Assembly: GCA_035263645.1 (NCBI GenBank) | Contig: DATFRD010000350.1 | Coordinates: forward strand, 1 to 54,468 | Direction: 5' to 3' | DNA: 54,468 nt | Source of the DNA: Candidatus Dormiibacterota bacterium | Lineage (GTDB): Bacteria > Chloroflexota > Dormibacteria > Dormibacterales > Dormibacteraceae | Part shown: piece after piece, positions 8,881-17,368 of the stretch | Layout: the number at the start of each line of letters is the position of its first letter | Numbering within the stretch: position 1 is the first letter of the stretch | Program-made: the position numbers and the translations under genes | The notes under the pieces: model-generated | Seen by the model: only the letters and a program-made list of their open reading frames with translations | What the model was told of the DNA's origin: nothing | The model's database searches: none

Positions 8881-9786
8881 ATGCAGCAGACGATCATCGA
8901 GACGCACGGTCTCACCAAGCGGTACCGGAACGGCGTGCTCGCCGCCTCCGGCGTCAGCATGACGGTGCGCCGCGGGGAGGTCTACGGCTTCCTCGGCCCG
9001 AACGGCGCCGGCAAGACCACCGTCCTGCGGATGCTGGTCGGGCTGATCCGCCCGACCGCGGGGTCGGCTGTCGTGGCGGGCCATCCGCCCGGCGATCCTC
9101 GCGGCCTGGCGGCCACCGGGTGCCTCGTCGACGCCGCCGCCTTCTATCCCTTCCTCTCCGGACGGGAGAACCTGAGGGTTGTGGCCGACCTGGCCGGCGC
9201 GCCGCATGCGCAGGTCGACGCGGCGCTCTCCGAGGTGGACCTGCTGGGCGCTGCCGGGCGCCGGTTCGGCGGCTACTCGACCGGCATGAAGCAGCGGCTC
9301 GGCGTGGCCGCCGCGCTGCTCAAGCAGCCGGAGCTGCTGATCCTGGACGAGCCGACCAGCGGGCTCGACCCCCAGGGCATGGCGGAGATGCGGAGGCTGG
9401 TTCGCGACGTGGGCAGCCGGGGTCGCACCGTGCTGCTGTCCAGCCACCTGCTCGGCGAGGTCGAGCAGGTATGCGACCGCGTGGGCGTGATCCACCACGG
9501 TCAGCTCGTCACGGAGTCGAAGGTCGCCGACCTGCGCGGCCACCACGGCATGGTGGTGCGGGCGGAGCCCCAGGACCGCGCGTACGAGCTGCTGGCGAGG
9601 ATGTTCGGGCCCGCGCTGGTCAGCCGGCGCGACGGCTCGCTCAGCATCGAGGCCGGGCCCGAGCGGATGCAGGAGGTCAACGCCATGCTGGTCTCTGCCG
9701 GGATCGGCGTGAGCGAGCTGCGGCCCGTCGAGACGTCGCTGGAGGACGTGTTCATCCAGCTCACCGGAGAGGAGCAGGGGTCATGA
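8881..9786 (+). CDS. ABC transporter ATP-binding protein (ABC-2 type)
   Basis: Walker A GPNGAGKTT, signature YSTGMKQRL, Walker B LLILDEPTSGLD. ATG 8881 within ORF 8125..9786. Confidence 0.9.
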   Translation: MQQTIIETHGLTKRYRNGVLAASGVSMTVRRGEVYGFLGPNGAGKTTVLRMLVGLIRPTAGSAVVAGHPPGDPRGLAATGCLVDAAAFYPFLSGRENLRVVADLAGAPHAQVDAALSEVDLLGAAGRRFGGYSTGMKQRLGVAAALLKQPELLILDEPTSGLDPQGMAEMRRLVRDVGSRGRTVLLSSHLLGEVEQVCDRVGVIHHGQLVTESKVADLRGHHGMVVRAEPQDRAYELLARMFGPALVSRRDGSLSIEAGPERMQEVNAMLVSAGIGVSELRPVETSLEDVFIQLTGEEQGS

Positions 9787-10610
9787 TCGCAAGCATCCGG
9801 TCGGAATGGAGGAAGACGCGCCGGCGCCCGGCGTTCCTGGTGAGCGCGGCGCTGCTCCCCGCGGCCATGCTGTTCGCCTACATCTATCTGTACTGGAGCT
9901 ACACCCACCCCACGGCTCGCGAGGCCGCCACGGCGGCCCACGACCTCGCCGGGCTCTACCCGGCCGACTTCACCAACAACGCGCTCCAGATCGCGTTCGC
10001 CCTGGGCGCGCTCGTGGCCATCGTGGTCGGCGCGATCGGCTTCGGCAGCGAGTACGGCTGGGGGACGATCAAGACGCTGCTGTCCCAGAGGCCCGGACGC
10101 CTGGCCAACCTCGCCGGCCGACTGGCGACGCTCGGCGCCTGCATGGCCATCCTGACGCTCGCCATCTTCGGCGCGTCCGCGATCGGCAGCCTGGCGGCCG
10201 CGCTGCTCCAGGGGCAGCCGATCGTGTGGCCCGGGGCCTCCACCGTCGCCGGCGCCGTGGGCGGCATCTGGCTGATCTACTCGACCTACGCCCTGCTGGG
10301 GGCGGGGCTCGGGGTGGTGTTCCGGCAGGCGGCGGCCGCCGTCGCCATCAGCCTGATCTACCTGGTCGTGGTCGAGCGCGTCGTCGTGCAGCGCCTCGCG
10401 GACGTCGGCTGGCCCCCGGCGGTGAACGCGGGCAAGCTCTTCATCGGCGTGAACGCCACGGCCCTGGTCCAGCTCCTCGACACGGCGCCCGCGCCCCACG
10501 CGCCGGCGCCGGCCGTGGGCGCCGGGCAGGCGGTGCTGGTGCTCTCCGCGTACGCGCTGCTCTTCATCGTCGTGGCAGCGGGCCTGGTGTGGAGGAGGGA
10601 CGTCACATAG
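9783..10610 (+). CDS. ABC-2 family transporter permease
   Basis: ATG 9783 overlaps the ATPase stop (ATGA). About 6 hydrophobic helices (PAFLVSAALLPAAMLFAYIYLYW ... AVLVLSAYALLFIVVAAGLVW). Confidence 0.8.
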   Translation: MIASIRSEWRKTRRRPAFLVSAALLPAAMLFAYIYLYWSYTHPTAREAATAAHDLAGLYPADFTNNALQIAFALGALVAIVVGAIGFGSEYGWGTIKTLLSQRPGRLANLAGRLATLGACMAILTLAIFGASAIGSLAAALLQGQPIVWPGASTVAGAVGGIWLIYSTYALLGAGLGVVFRQAAAAVAISLIYLVVVERVVVQRLADVGWPPAVNAGKLFIGVNATALVQLLDTAPAPHAPAPAVGAGQAVLVLSAYALLFIVVAAGLVWRRDVT

Positions 10611-10702
10611 CCACCGGGCAGAATCGCCTCGAGGGGCGCGAGGCTGGCCGGAGCCTTCCGGCCGGCTCTCCCGCGGGGCTCCCCGCTCGTTCCTTCTCCT
10701 GG

Positions 10703-11833
10703 GTGGGCCGCCATCCCCGGCTGGTCGACGGTCTGCTCGCCGCCGCGGTCATCCTGCCGGGGGCGGGCGACGTCGCCGGCCGGTGGCAGGGCTCGGTCGC
10801 GCGGGGCACGCTGCTGGCGATCCTCCACCTGGGCCTGGGGCTGCCGGTGTACTGGCGGCGGCGCTGGCCCGTGCCCGCCCTCGCCGTCGTCACCGCCAGC
10901 CTGGCGCTCACGGTCCAGGTCGAGGGGGACTGGCGCAACACGGACGCCGCGGCCCTGCTCCTGACCGCCTACGCGGTGGCCGCCTACGCGGCCCGGCTCC
11001 GACTCCTCGTGGCGGCGCTGTCTACTATCGCGGTCCTGGCCGGGGCGGCAGCACCGTTCCTGGGCGTGGGCGCTGGCCCGCGCGATCTCATCCCCCTCGG
11101 CGCCCTGTGCCTCGTCGGCTGGGTGTTCGGCGACTACTTCCGTGACCGCCGGAGCTACCTGGCGACGCTGGAGGCCCGGGCTGCGGAGCTGGAGCGCCAG
11201 GCCGAGGAGCACCGCCGGCAGGCCGTCGAGGAGGAGCGGCTGCGCATCGCGCGCGAGCTCCACGACGTGGTGGCGCACAACGTCAGCGTCATCGCGATCC
11301 AGGCCGGCGGAGCGCAGCTGGCCGACCCGGCCGCCGGGCGCCGCGCGCTGACGACCATCGAGGTCACCGCCCGGGACACGCTGGCCGAGCTCAACCGCCT
11401 GCTCGGCGTCCTCCGCCACGGGGACGCGCGGCCGGACCGCGGCCCCCAGCCGGGCCTGGCGCACGTCGGCGGCCTCCTGCAGCCCGCTCGAGACGCCGGC
11501 CTGGACGCGGACCTGCACCTGACCGGCGAGCCGCGCCGGCTGCCGGCCGCCCTCGACCTCTCCGCCTACCGGATCGTGCAGGAGGCGGTCACCAACACGC
11601 TCAAGCACGCCGGGGCGTCGCGGCTCGAGGTGCGAATCGGCTACGGTCCGGATGCGCTCGAGCTGTCCGTCGCGGACGACGGCCGCGGCGCGGCCGCCGA
11701 CGGGGTGGCGGCGTCCACCGGGCACGGCCTGGTCGGCATGCGCGAGCGGGTGCAGCTCTTCGGGGGCACGCTCGAGACCGGCTCCTCACCACTCGGCGGG
11801 TTCCTCGTGCGGGCTCGCCTGCCGCTGGGCTGA
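10703..11833 (+). CDS. sensor histidine kinase, HisKA_3 (NarX/DesK/LiaS-like) family
   Basis: H-box EERLRIARELHDVVAHNVSVIAIQAG. HATPase region QEAVTNTLKHAG, DDGRG, GHGLVGMRERV. Membrane-embedded N-terminus with short loops. Start GTG 10703 is uncertain. Confidence 0.8.
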   Translation: MGRHPRLVDGLLAAAVILPGAGDVAGRWQGSVARGTLLAILHLGLGLPVYWRRRWPVPALAVVTASLALTVQVEGDWRNTDAAALLLTAYAVAAYAARLRLLVAALSTIAVLAGAAAPFLGVGAGPRDLIPLGALCLVGWVFGDYFRDRRSYLATLEARAAELERQAEEHRRQAVEEERLRIARELHDVVAHNVSVIAIQAGGAQLADPAAGRRALTTIEVTARDTLAELNRLLGVLRHGDARPDRGPQPGLAHVGGLLQPARDAGLDADLHLTGEPRRLPAALDLSAYRIVQEAVTNTLKHAGASRLEVRIGYGPDALELSVADDGRGAAADGVAASTGHGLVGMRERVQLFGGTLETGSSPLGGFLVRARLPLG

Positions 11834-11839
11834 GCTGCG

Positions 11840-12505
11840 GTGACCATCCGCGTCGCGCTGGCGGACGACCAGGAGCTGGTGCGAGCCGGCTTCCGGATGA
11901 TCGTGGGCTCGAACGCAGCGATGGAGGTGGTCGGCGAAGCCGCGGACGGCCGCGAGGCGGTCGAGCTGGTCCGGCGCGAGGCGCCGGACGTGATCCTGAT
12001 GGACATCAGGATGCCGGACCTGGACGGCATCGAGGCCACCCGCCAGATCACGTCGTCGGCCGGCGAGCCGCGGACACGCGTCGTGATCGTGACCACCTAC
12101 GAGCTCGACGAGTATGTGTTCGACGCGCTCGAGGCCGGCGCCTCGGCGTTCCTCCTCAAGCACGCGCCGCCGGCAGAGCTCATCCGCGCGATCGAGGTCG
12201 TGGCGGCCGGCAACGCCCTGCTGGCGCCGTCCGTGACGCGACGGCTCATCGAGGAGTTCGGCCGCCGACCGCGGCCGGTCACGGTCCGGCCGCCGCGGCT
12301 CGCCGAGCTCACGGAGCGGGAGGTCCAGGTGCTGGGCCAGGTCGCGCGCGGCCTCTCGAACGCGGAGATCGCGAGCGCGCTGCATGTGAGCGAGGCCACC
12401 GTCAAGACCCACGTCGCCCACGTCCTCGACAAGCTGGGCGTGCGGGACCGCGTCCAGGCCGTCATCCTGGCCTACGAGGCGGGCCTGGTCCGCGGCCGGC
12501 CCTGA
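11840..12505 (+). CDS. response regulator, NarL/LuxR family
   Basis: REC domain (VALADDQELVR, ILMDIRMPDLDG) plus LuxR HTH (LTEREVQVLGQVARGLSNAEIASALHVSEATVKTHV). Confidence 0.92.
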   Translation: MTIRVALADDQELVRAGFRMIVGSNAAMEVVGEAADGREAVELVRREAPDVILMDIRMPDLDGIEATRQITSSAGEPRTRVVIVTTYELDEYVFDALEAGASAFLLKHAPPAELIRAIEVVAAGNALLAPSVTRRLIEEFGRRPRPVTVRPPRLAELTEREVQVLGQVARGLSNAEIASALHVSEATVKTHVAHVLDKLGVRDRVQAVILAYEAGLVRGRP

Positions 12506-12580
12506 CCTGACCCCAGGCAGCGCGGCCGCGACCCGGTCCCGGGGCAAGCGCGGGATCGCGGATTCGACTACGCTCCGTCG

Positions 12581-14875
12581 ATGCAGACGCTGAAGCCGGG
12601 CTCGATTCTCGGACATGCGGTCCGCCGGCGCGAGGACGCGCGGCTCGTGACCGGCACCGGGCGGTATGTCGACGACGTCCGCCCCGCGGAGACGCTGCAC
12701 CTGGAGTTCGTGCGCTCCCCGCTGGCCCACGCGGAGATCCGGGGAGTGGAGACCGAGGCGGCTGCGGCAGCGCCCGGCGTGGTGGCGGTGCTCACCGGCG
12801 GCGACCTCGACCTGCCCGCTCGCCTCGGCTTCCCCATGGTGCCGCCGCCCTTCGCCCGCCCGCCGCTGGCACACGGGCGAGTTCGGTTCGTCGGGGAACC
12901 GGTGGCGGTGGTGGTGGCGGAGACACGGGAGGCGGCGGCCGACGCCGCCCAGATGGTGTCCGTCGACCTGGCCCCGCTCGACGTCCTGGTCGACGGCCAC
13001 GCCGCCCTGAACGGTCCGTCGGTCCAGCTGTTCTCCGACCACGGCTCCAACGTGGCCGGCCACTTCGCCGTGGGAACCGACGAGGATCCCCTGGAGGGCG
13101 CCGACGTCACGATCCGGGCCCGCTTCGTCAACCAGCGGCTCGCGCCGGTGCCGATGGAGCCGGAGGCGATCGTCGTTGTGCCGGACGCCGGACGGCTGAC
13201 CGTCTGGGCGACCAGCCAGACGCCGTTCGGGCTTCGCGGCGAGATCGCGGCCTCGCTCGGACTCGAGGAGGGCGCGGTCCGGGTCGTGGTGCCGGACATG
13301 GGCGGGGGGTTCGGCGCCAAGGCGGGCGCACGCCCGGAGCTGGTGGTCGTGGCCGCCGTCGCCCGCCGGCTGGGGCGGCCCGTGCAGTGGGTGGAGACCC
13401 GCACCGAGAACCTGATGGCCATGACGCACGGCCGGGGCCAGGTCCAGGACGTCGAGCTCGGCGCCACCGCCGACGGGCGTCTGGTCGGGCTGCGCCTGCA
13501 GGTGCTCGCAGACATCGGCGCCTACCCGGGGATCGCGATGATCCTGCCGTTCCTCACCGGCCAGATGTCGTCGGGCGTCTACGACATCCCGCGCATTCGC
13601 TACGAAGCCAACTGCGTCGTGACCAACACCACCCCGCTCGGGGCCTATCGCGGCGCCGGCCGTCCGGAGGCCGCGGCCATGATCGAGCGCGCCATGGACA
13701 TGCTGGCGGGGGAGCTTGCGATCGACCCCGCCGAGCTGAGGAGGCGCAACCTGATCTCCGCCGACCGCTTCCCCCACAAGACCGCCGGCGGCGCCACCTA
13801 TGACTCCGGCGAATACGAGAGGGCGCTGGACGCGCTGCTCGAGCTCGCCGGCTACGGGGAGCTCCGCGCCGAGCAGGCCCGACGCCGCGCAGCCGGCGAA
13901 CGCGTGCAGCTGGGGATCGGGCTCTCGATCTACGTCGAGGTCACCGCAGCGGGGATCGGGCCCGAGTGGGGAGGCGTGGCCATCCAGGAGGACGGGTCGG
14001 TGCTGGTCCGCTGCGGGACCACCTCGTTCGGCCAGGGCCACGAGACCACGCTGGCTCAGATCGCGGCCGAGCAGCTGGACGTCCCCCTGGAGTCGGTTCG
14101 CGTCCTCCACTCCGACACCGACGCGGTCGTGCGCGGGCTGGGCACCGTCGGCTCGCGCTCGATGCAGCACGGCGGATCCGCCGTCCACGAAGCCGCCCGC
14201 GGGGTCCGGGACAAGGCCCGCGAGCTCGCCGCGCACCTCCTGGAGGCAAACCCCGACGACATCGTCTTCCGGGCGGGGACGGTGGGCGTGGCCGGCGTGC
14301 CCGAGCGGGTGCTGACGTGGGCCATGCTCGCGGCCGCTGCCGGCGACACCGCCCGGCTCCCAGAGGGGATGGCTCCCGGGCTGGCCGAGGAGGTCGACTT
14401 CAACGGCGAAGGCAGCTTTCCGTTCGGTGCGCACTGTGCGGTCGCCGAGGTCGACACCGAGACCGGCGATGCGCGCCTGACCCGCTTCTTCGCGGTCGAC
14501 GACTGCGGGCGCATCATCAATCCGCTGCTGGCCGAGGGCCAGGTGCACGGCGGCATCGGACAGGGTGTCGGCCAGGCGCTCTACGAGGAAGTCGTGTTCG
14601 ACGACCAGGGCAGCCCGCGCACCGCGTCCCTGCTCGACTACCTGATCCCTTCGATCGGCGAGATCCCCGCCGTGGCGACTGCGACGACGGTGACGCCGAG
14701 CCCCCACAACCCGCTGGGCGCCAAGGGGATCGGCGAGTCGGGGACGATCGGGTCCACGCCGGCGGTGCAGAACGCCGTCATCGACGCGGTGGCGCACCTC
14801 GGCGTCCGCCACGTCGACATGCCCCTGACGCCGGAGCGGGTGTGGGCCGCGATTCGGGAGGCCGGCCGAGGCTGA
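12581..14875 (+). CDS. molybdopterin-binding large subunit, form-II CoxL-like (orphan)
   Basis: 764 aa. N-terminus HAVRRREDARLVTGTGRYVDD. Active-site loop AYRGAGR. No adjacent small or medium subunit genes. Confidence 0.9.
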   Translation: MQTLKPGSILGHAVRRREDARLVTGTGRYVDDVRPAETLHLEFVRSPLAHAEIRGVETEAAAAAPGVVAVLTGGDLDLPARLGFPMVPPPFARPPLAHGRVRFVGEPVAVVVAETREAAADAAQMVSVDLAPLDVLVDGHAALNGPSVQLFSDHGSNVAGHFAVGTDEDPLEGADVTIRARFVNQRLAPVPMEPEAIVVVPDAGRLTVWATSQTPFGLRGEIAASLGLEEGAVRVVVPDMGGGFGAKAGARPELVVVAAVARRLGRPVQWVETRTENLMAMTHGRGQVQDVELGATADGRLVGLRLQVLADIGAYPGIAMILPFLTGQMSSGVYDIPRIRYEANCVVTNTTPLGAYRGAGRPEAAAMIERAMDMLAGELAIDPAELRRRNLISADRFPHKTAGGATYDSGEYERALDALLELAGYGELRAEQARRRAAGERVQLGIGLSIYVEVTAAGIGPEWGGVAIQEDGSVLVRCGTTSFGQGHETTLAQIAAEQLDVPLESVRVLHSDTDAVVRGLGTVGSRSMQHGGSAVHEAARGVRDKARELAAHLLEANPDDIVFRAGTVGVAGVPERVLTWAMLAAAAGDTARLPEGMAPGLAEEVDFNGEGSFPFGAHCAVAEVDTETGDARLTRFFAVDDCGRIINPLLAEGQVHGGIGQGVGQALYEEVVFDDQGSPRTASLLDYLIPSIGEIPAVATATTVTPSPHNPLGAKGIGESGTIGSTPAVQNAVIDAVAHLGVRHVDMPLTPERVWAAIREAGRG

Positions 14876-14889
14876 CCAGAAAGATAGAA

Positions 14890-14939
14890 GCCCCTCCCCC
14901 TATCGCGGGGGAGGTGGCCCGCCAGGGCCGGTGGGGGGG
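14890..14939 (+). repeat. G/C-rich REP/MITE-like element, copy 2 (core 14905..14939)
   Basis: GCCCCTCCCCC-TATC-35-bp core, starting 15 nt after the stop at 14875. Confidence 0.85.
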
Positions 14940-14943
14940 TCAA

Positions 14944-14977
14944 GCCCCTCCCCCGCCTGGCGGGGGAGGGGCTTTTT
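14944..14977 (+). terminator. intrinsic terminator hairpin GCCCCTCCCCCGCC/GGCGGGGGAGGGGC followed by TTTTT
   Basis: 14-nt complementary arms (14944..14957 and 14959..14972) and a T5 tract, between convergent genes. Confidence 0.7.
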
Positions 14978-15393
14978 CAGGGCCTGGCTCGGCCGACCTC
15001 CTGCAGGACCCAGCTGTTGCCGTCAGGGTCGTTGAAGCCGCAGAACGAGCCGTAGTCCTCGCGTCGCGGGTGCGGCCCCGCCATCTGCCGGCCTGCCTCG
15101 AAGTGGTGGATCTCGCCGACGTCCACACCGCGGCCGGCGAGCTCCGCCCGCGCGGCCTCGATGTCGGAGACGACCAGGTGCAGCCCGCGGACGGAGCCCG
15201 GCGCCGCGTCGGTGATCCCGGTCCCGATGCTGATCGAGCACGCCGAGCCGGGCGGCGTCATCTGCACGACCCGGAAGGTCTCGCCGGCCCGGTGGTCGAC
15301 GTCCAGTTTGAACCCGACCCGCTCGACGTAGAAGGCCCTGGCCCGGTCCACGTCCGAGACGGGAACCAGCACGAGCTCGAGCTTCCAATCCAC
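14977..15393 (-). CDS. VOC (glyoxalase/bleomycin-resistance/dioxygenase) family protein
   Basis: 3' part of ORF 14977..15933 (DWKLELVLVPVSDVDRARAFYVERVGFKLDVDH ... FNDPDGNSWVLQE). GTG 15393 lies 8 nt after AAGGAGG. Confidence 0.85.
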   Translation of the reverse strand: MDWKLELVLVPVSDVDRARAFYVERVGFKLDVDHRAGETFRVVQMTPPGSACSISIGTGITDAAPGSVRGLHLVVSDIEAARAELAGRGVDVGEIHHFEAGRQMAGPHPRREDYGSFCGFNDPDGNSWVLQEVGRARP

Positions 15394-15510
15394 GATGGCG
15401 ACCTCCTTGGTGTTGTCTGCTGACCGGTGCAACGCCGGCTCGCACCGAAACTCATCGGTGACGCGGCACGAAGCCCCGGCCGTGCCGCGGGCATCGCGCA
15501 GAATGGAGAC

Positions 15511-16041
15511 ATGACCCAGGTCGTCGCCGAGGTCTCGATCGCTGCCGCCCCCGACGTCGTCTGGCACGCGGTCCACGAGGATCTGGCCGGCGCCCCGCGC
15601 TGGGCCGCGTACCTGCGCTCGGCCGAGGCGCTGGACGGGCCGCCGGGCCCTGACTCGCGCGTGCGCTACGACCTCGAGCTGGGGGGAGGCTTCCTGGTCG
15701 AGCTGATCCTGCAGTACACGACCTGGGACCGGCCGCGCCTGGCCGCCGGCCGGTTCGCCGGTGGCCCGCTCCAGGGCACGTGGTCGTACCGCTACGTCGA
15801 GCGCGCCGGCGCCACGGACCTCCGCTACGAGATGGACTACGAGCTGCGCGGCCTGCTCCGCTTTGCTGGAGGGATGCTGAAGGGCCAGTACGAGGAAGGC
15901 ATCCGCCGGGGCATGACGATGCTGAAGGAGCACCTGGAGTCGACGGCGGGGAAGGGCCGACGGGCGCGTGCCGGCCCGGCCTCGCCGCCCGGGCGCGCCG
16001 GCCGCGGTTCCGCGAGAGGACGAACGCGTCAGCAGCCCTGA
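15511..16041 (+). CDS. SRPBCC (polyketide cyclase/START-like) family protein
   Basis: ATG 15511 after GGAG. VAEVSIAAAPDVVWHAVHEDLAGAPRW ... is typical of the SRPBCC N-terminus. Arg/Gly-rich C-terminal tail. Confidence 0.75.
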   Translation: MTQVVAEVSIAAAPDVVWHAVHEDLAGAPRWAAYLRSAEALDGPPGPDSRVRYDLELGGGFLVELILQYTTWDRPRLAAGRFAGGPLQGTWSYRYVERAGATDLRYEMDYELRGLLRFAGGMLKGQYEEGIRRGMTMLKEHLESTAGKGRRARAGPASPPGRAGRGSARGRTRQQP

Positions 16042-16179
16042 TCGACAGGGTCCGGCCTATTCGGCGCCCGGCGCGCAGCCCGACGTGCTACAACATGTCG
16101 TGCGCCAATCACTGACGTCCCCTGGCGCCAGCCGCCCGCCGCGCTGACGGGCGAAGGAACGTGGAGGAGCGACCGGACA

Positions 16180-16800
16180 ATGCAAGCACCAGCCTATCCA
16201 GTGCAATTCTCCGTGGACTACCCAGACCGGGACCTCGACCGCCTGACCACCGGGCTTCGAATCTTCACCGCCATCCCGATCCTGATCCTGCTGGGAACGG
16301 TCTCGCCCAGCACCTACGGCTCGAACTCCCGTCTGCTGTTCGCGGGAGCGGGCGGAGTGCTGTTCTTCGGTCCGCTGCTCATGATCGTCTTCCGGCAGAA
16401 GTACCCGCGCTGGTGGTACGACTGGAACCTCCAGCTGCTGCGGTTCATCAACCGGGTGAGCGTCTACCTCGCGCTCATGGACGACCGGTACCCGGCGACG
16501 GATGAAGACCAGTCGGTCCACCTGGACTTCCCGTACCCGGACGTGCCGCAGGACCTGAACCGCTGGCTGCCCCTGGTCAAGTGGTTCCTCGCCATCCCGC
16601 ACTACGTCGTGCTGTTCTTCCTGGGCATCGCCGCGTTCATCGCCCTGATCATCGTGTGGTTCGCGATCCTGTTCACGGGCCGCTACCCGCGAGATTTGTT
16701 CACCTTCGTCGAGGGCGTCATCCGCTGGCAGAACCGGGTGGTCGGCTACGCGATCGTGCTCGTGACCGATCAGTACCCACCGTTCCGGCTGGGCGCCTGA
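16180..16800 (+). CDS. DUF4389 domain membrane protein
   Basis: PVQFSVDYPDRDLDR, WLPLVKWFLAIPHYVVLFFL, VWFAILFTGRYPRDLFTFVEGVIRWQNRV, LVTDQYPPFRL match my memory of DUF4389. Confidence 0.8.
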   Translation: MQAPAYPVQFSVDYPDRDLDRLTTGLRIFTAIPILILLGTVSPSTYGSNSRLLFAGAGGVLFFGPLLMIVFRQKYPRWWYDWNLQLLRFINRVSVYLALMDDRYPATDEDQSVHLDFPYPDVPQDLNRWLPLVKWFLAIPHYVVLFFLGIAAFIALIIVWFAILFTGRYPRDLFTFVEGVIRWQNRVVGYAIVLVTDQYPPFRLGA

Positions 16801-16835
16801 CGCCTGCAGCCGGCCGCGCTCAGCCCCCGGGACCA

Positions 16836-16863
16836 GGCCGGCGCCGGCGATCCGGCGCCGGCC
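16836..16863 (+). terminator. perfect 12-bp stem hairpin GGCCGGCGCCGG-cgat-CCGGCGCCGGCC
   Basis: Read directly. Starts 36 nt downstream of the DUF4389 stop. No T tract. Confidence 0.4.
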
Positions 16864-16943
16864 TGTGCTCTCACCGGGACGCATCCGGCGGCCCGGCTGC
16901 GGTTCCTGCGTCGGCTCCGCTGGAGCGCTGTCGTCAGCGCCGT

Positions 16944-17276
16944 TCACCGGCCTCCTCCAGAGGAGGAGCCACGAGCCCAGGACCCCGACGAACCACACCA
17001 GCAGCCCGTACGCCCGGAGGCAGGCACAGCCTGCAGCAGCTGCGCTGCGGCGACGGCCACCAGGCCGGCTGCTCCGAGCCAGGGCGATCTCCTGACGACC
17101 GCTTCGTACGCGATGAACAGGATCCAGGCGGCGACGAGCAGCCCGTAGACGATCCGCAGCCTCGCGGGGGAACGGAGGACGAACAGCTCGACCAGGAACG
17201 CGGCGAAGATGACCACGCCCAGCGAGGTCTCGACAGGGCGCTGCACCCGGACCAGTCGACAGCGCAAGGCCTCCAT
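16944..17276 (-). CDS. hypothetical small membrane protein (possibly frameshifted)
   Basis: First ~85 codons have high GC3 and three hydrophobic helices. The 3' third has poor codon bias, while another frame looks coding (see finding). Confidence 0.35.
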   Translation of the reverse strand: MEALRCRLVRVQRPVETSLGVVIFAAFLVELFVLRSPARLRIVYGLLVAAWILFIAYEAVVRRSPWLGAAGLVAVAAAQLLQAVPASGRTGCWCGSSGSWARGSSSGGGR

Positions 17277-17368
17277 GCCGTGGTTCCGCTCCGCTGACGT
17301 GTGCCGCTGACGCCGCGGGGTAGTCTACCCGGGAGTGGCCAGCGCCTGAGCGCCCACCCCTAGCTAAG

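Noticed and set aside
8125-11833. N-terminal extensions of ORFs 8125..9786, 9120..10610 and 9806..11833
   Set aside because: Each extension overlaps the preceding real gene or the repeat element in another frame. Conserved N-termini begin at 8881, 9783 and about 10703.
11786-14812. 1008-aa minus-strand ORF, the longest but one in the track
   Set aside because: It lies antisense to the response regulator and the CoxL-like gene. Its composition is dominated by Arg/Gly/Pro/His/Asp with no recognisable motif. It is a typical shadow ORF of a high-GC3 gene on the opposite strand.
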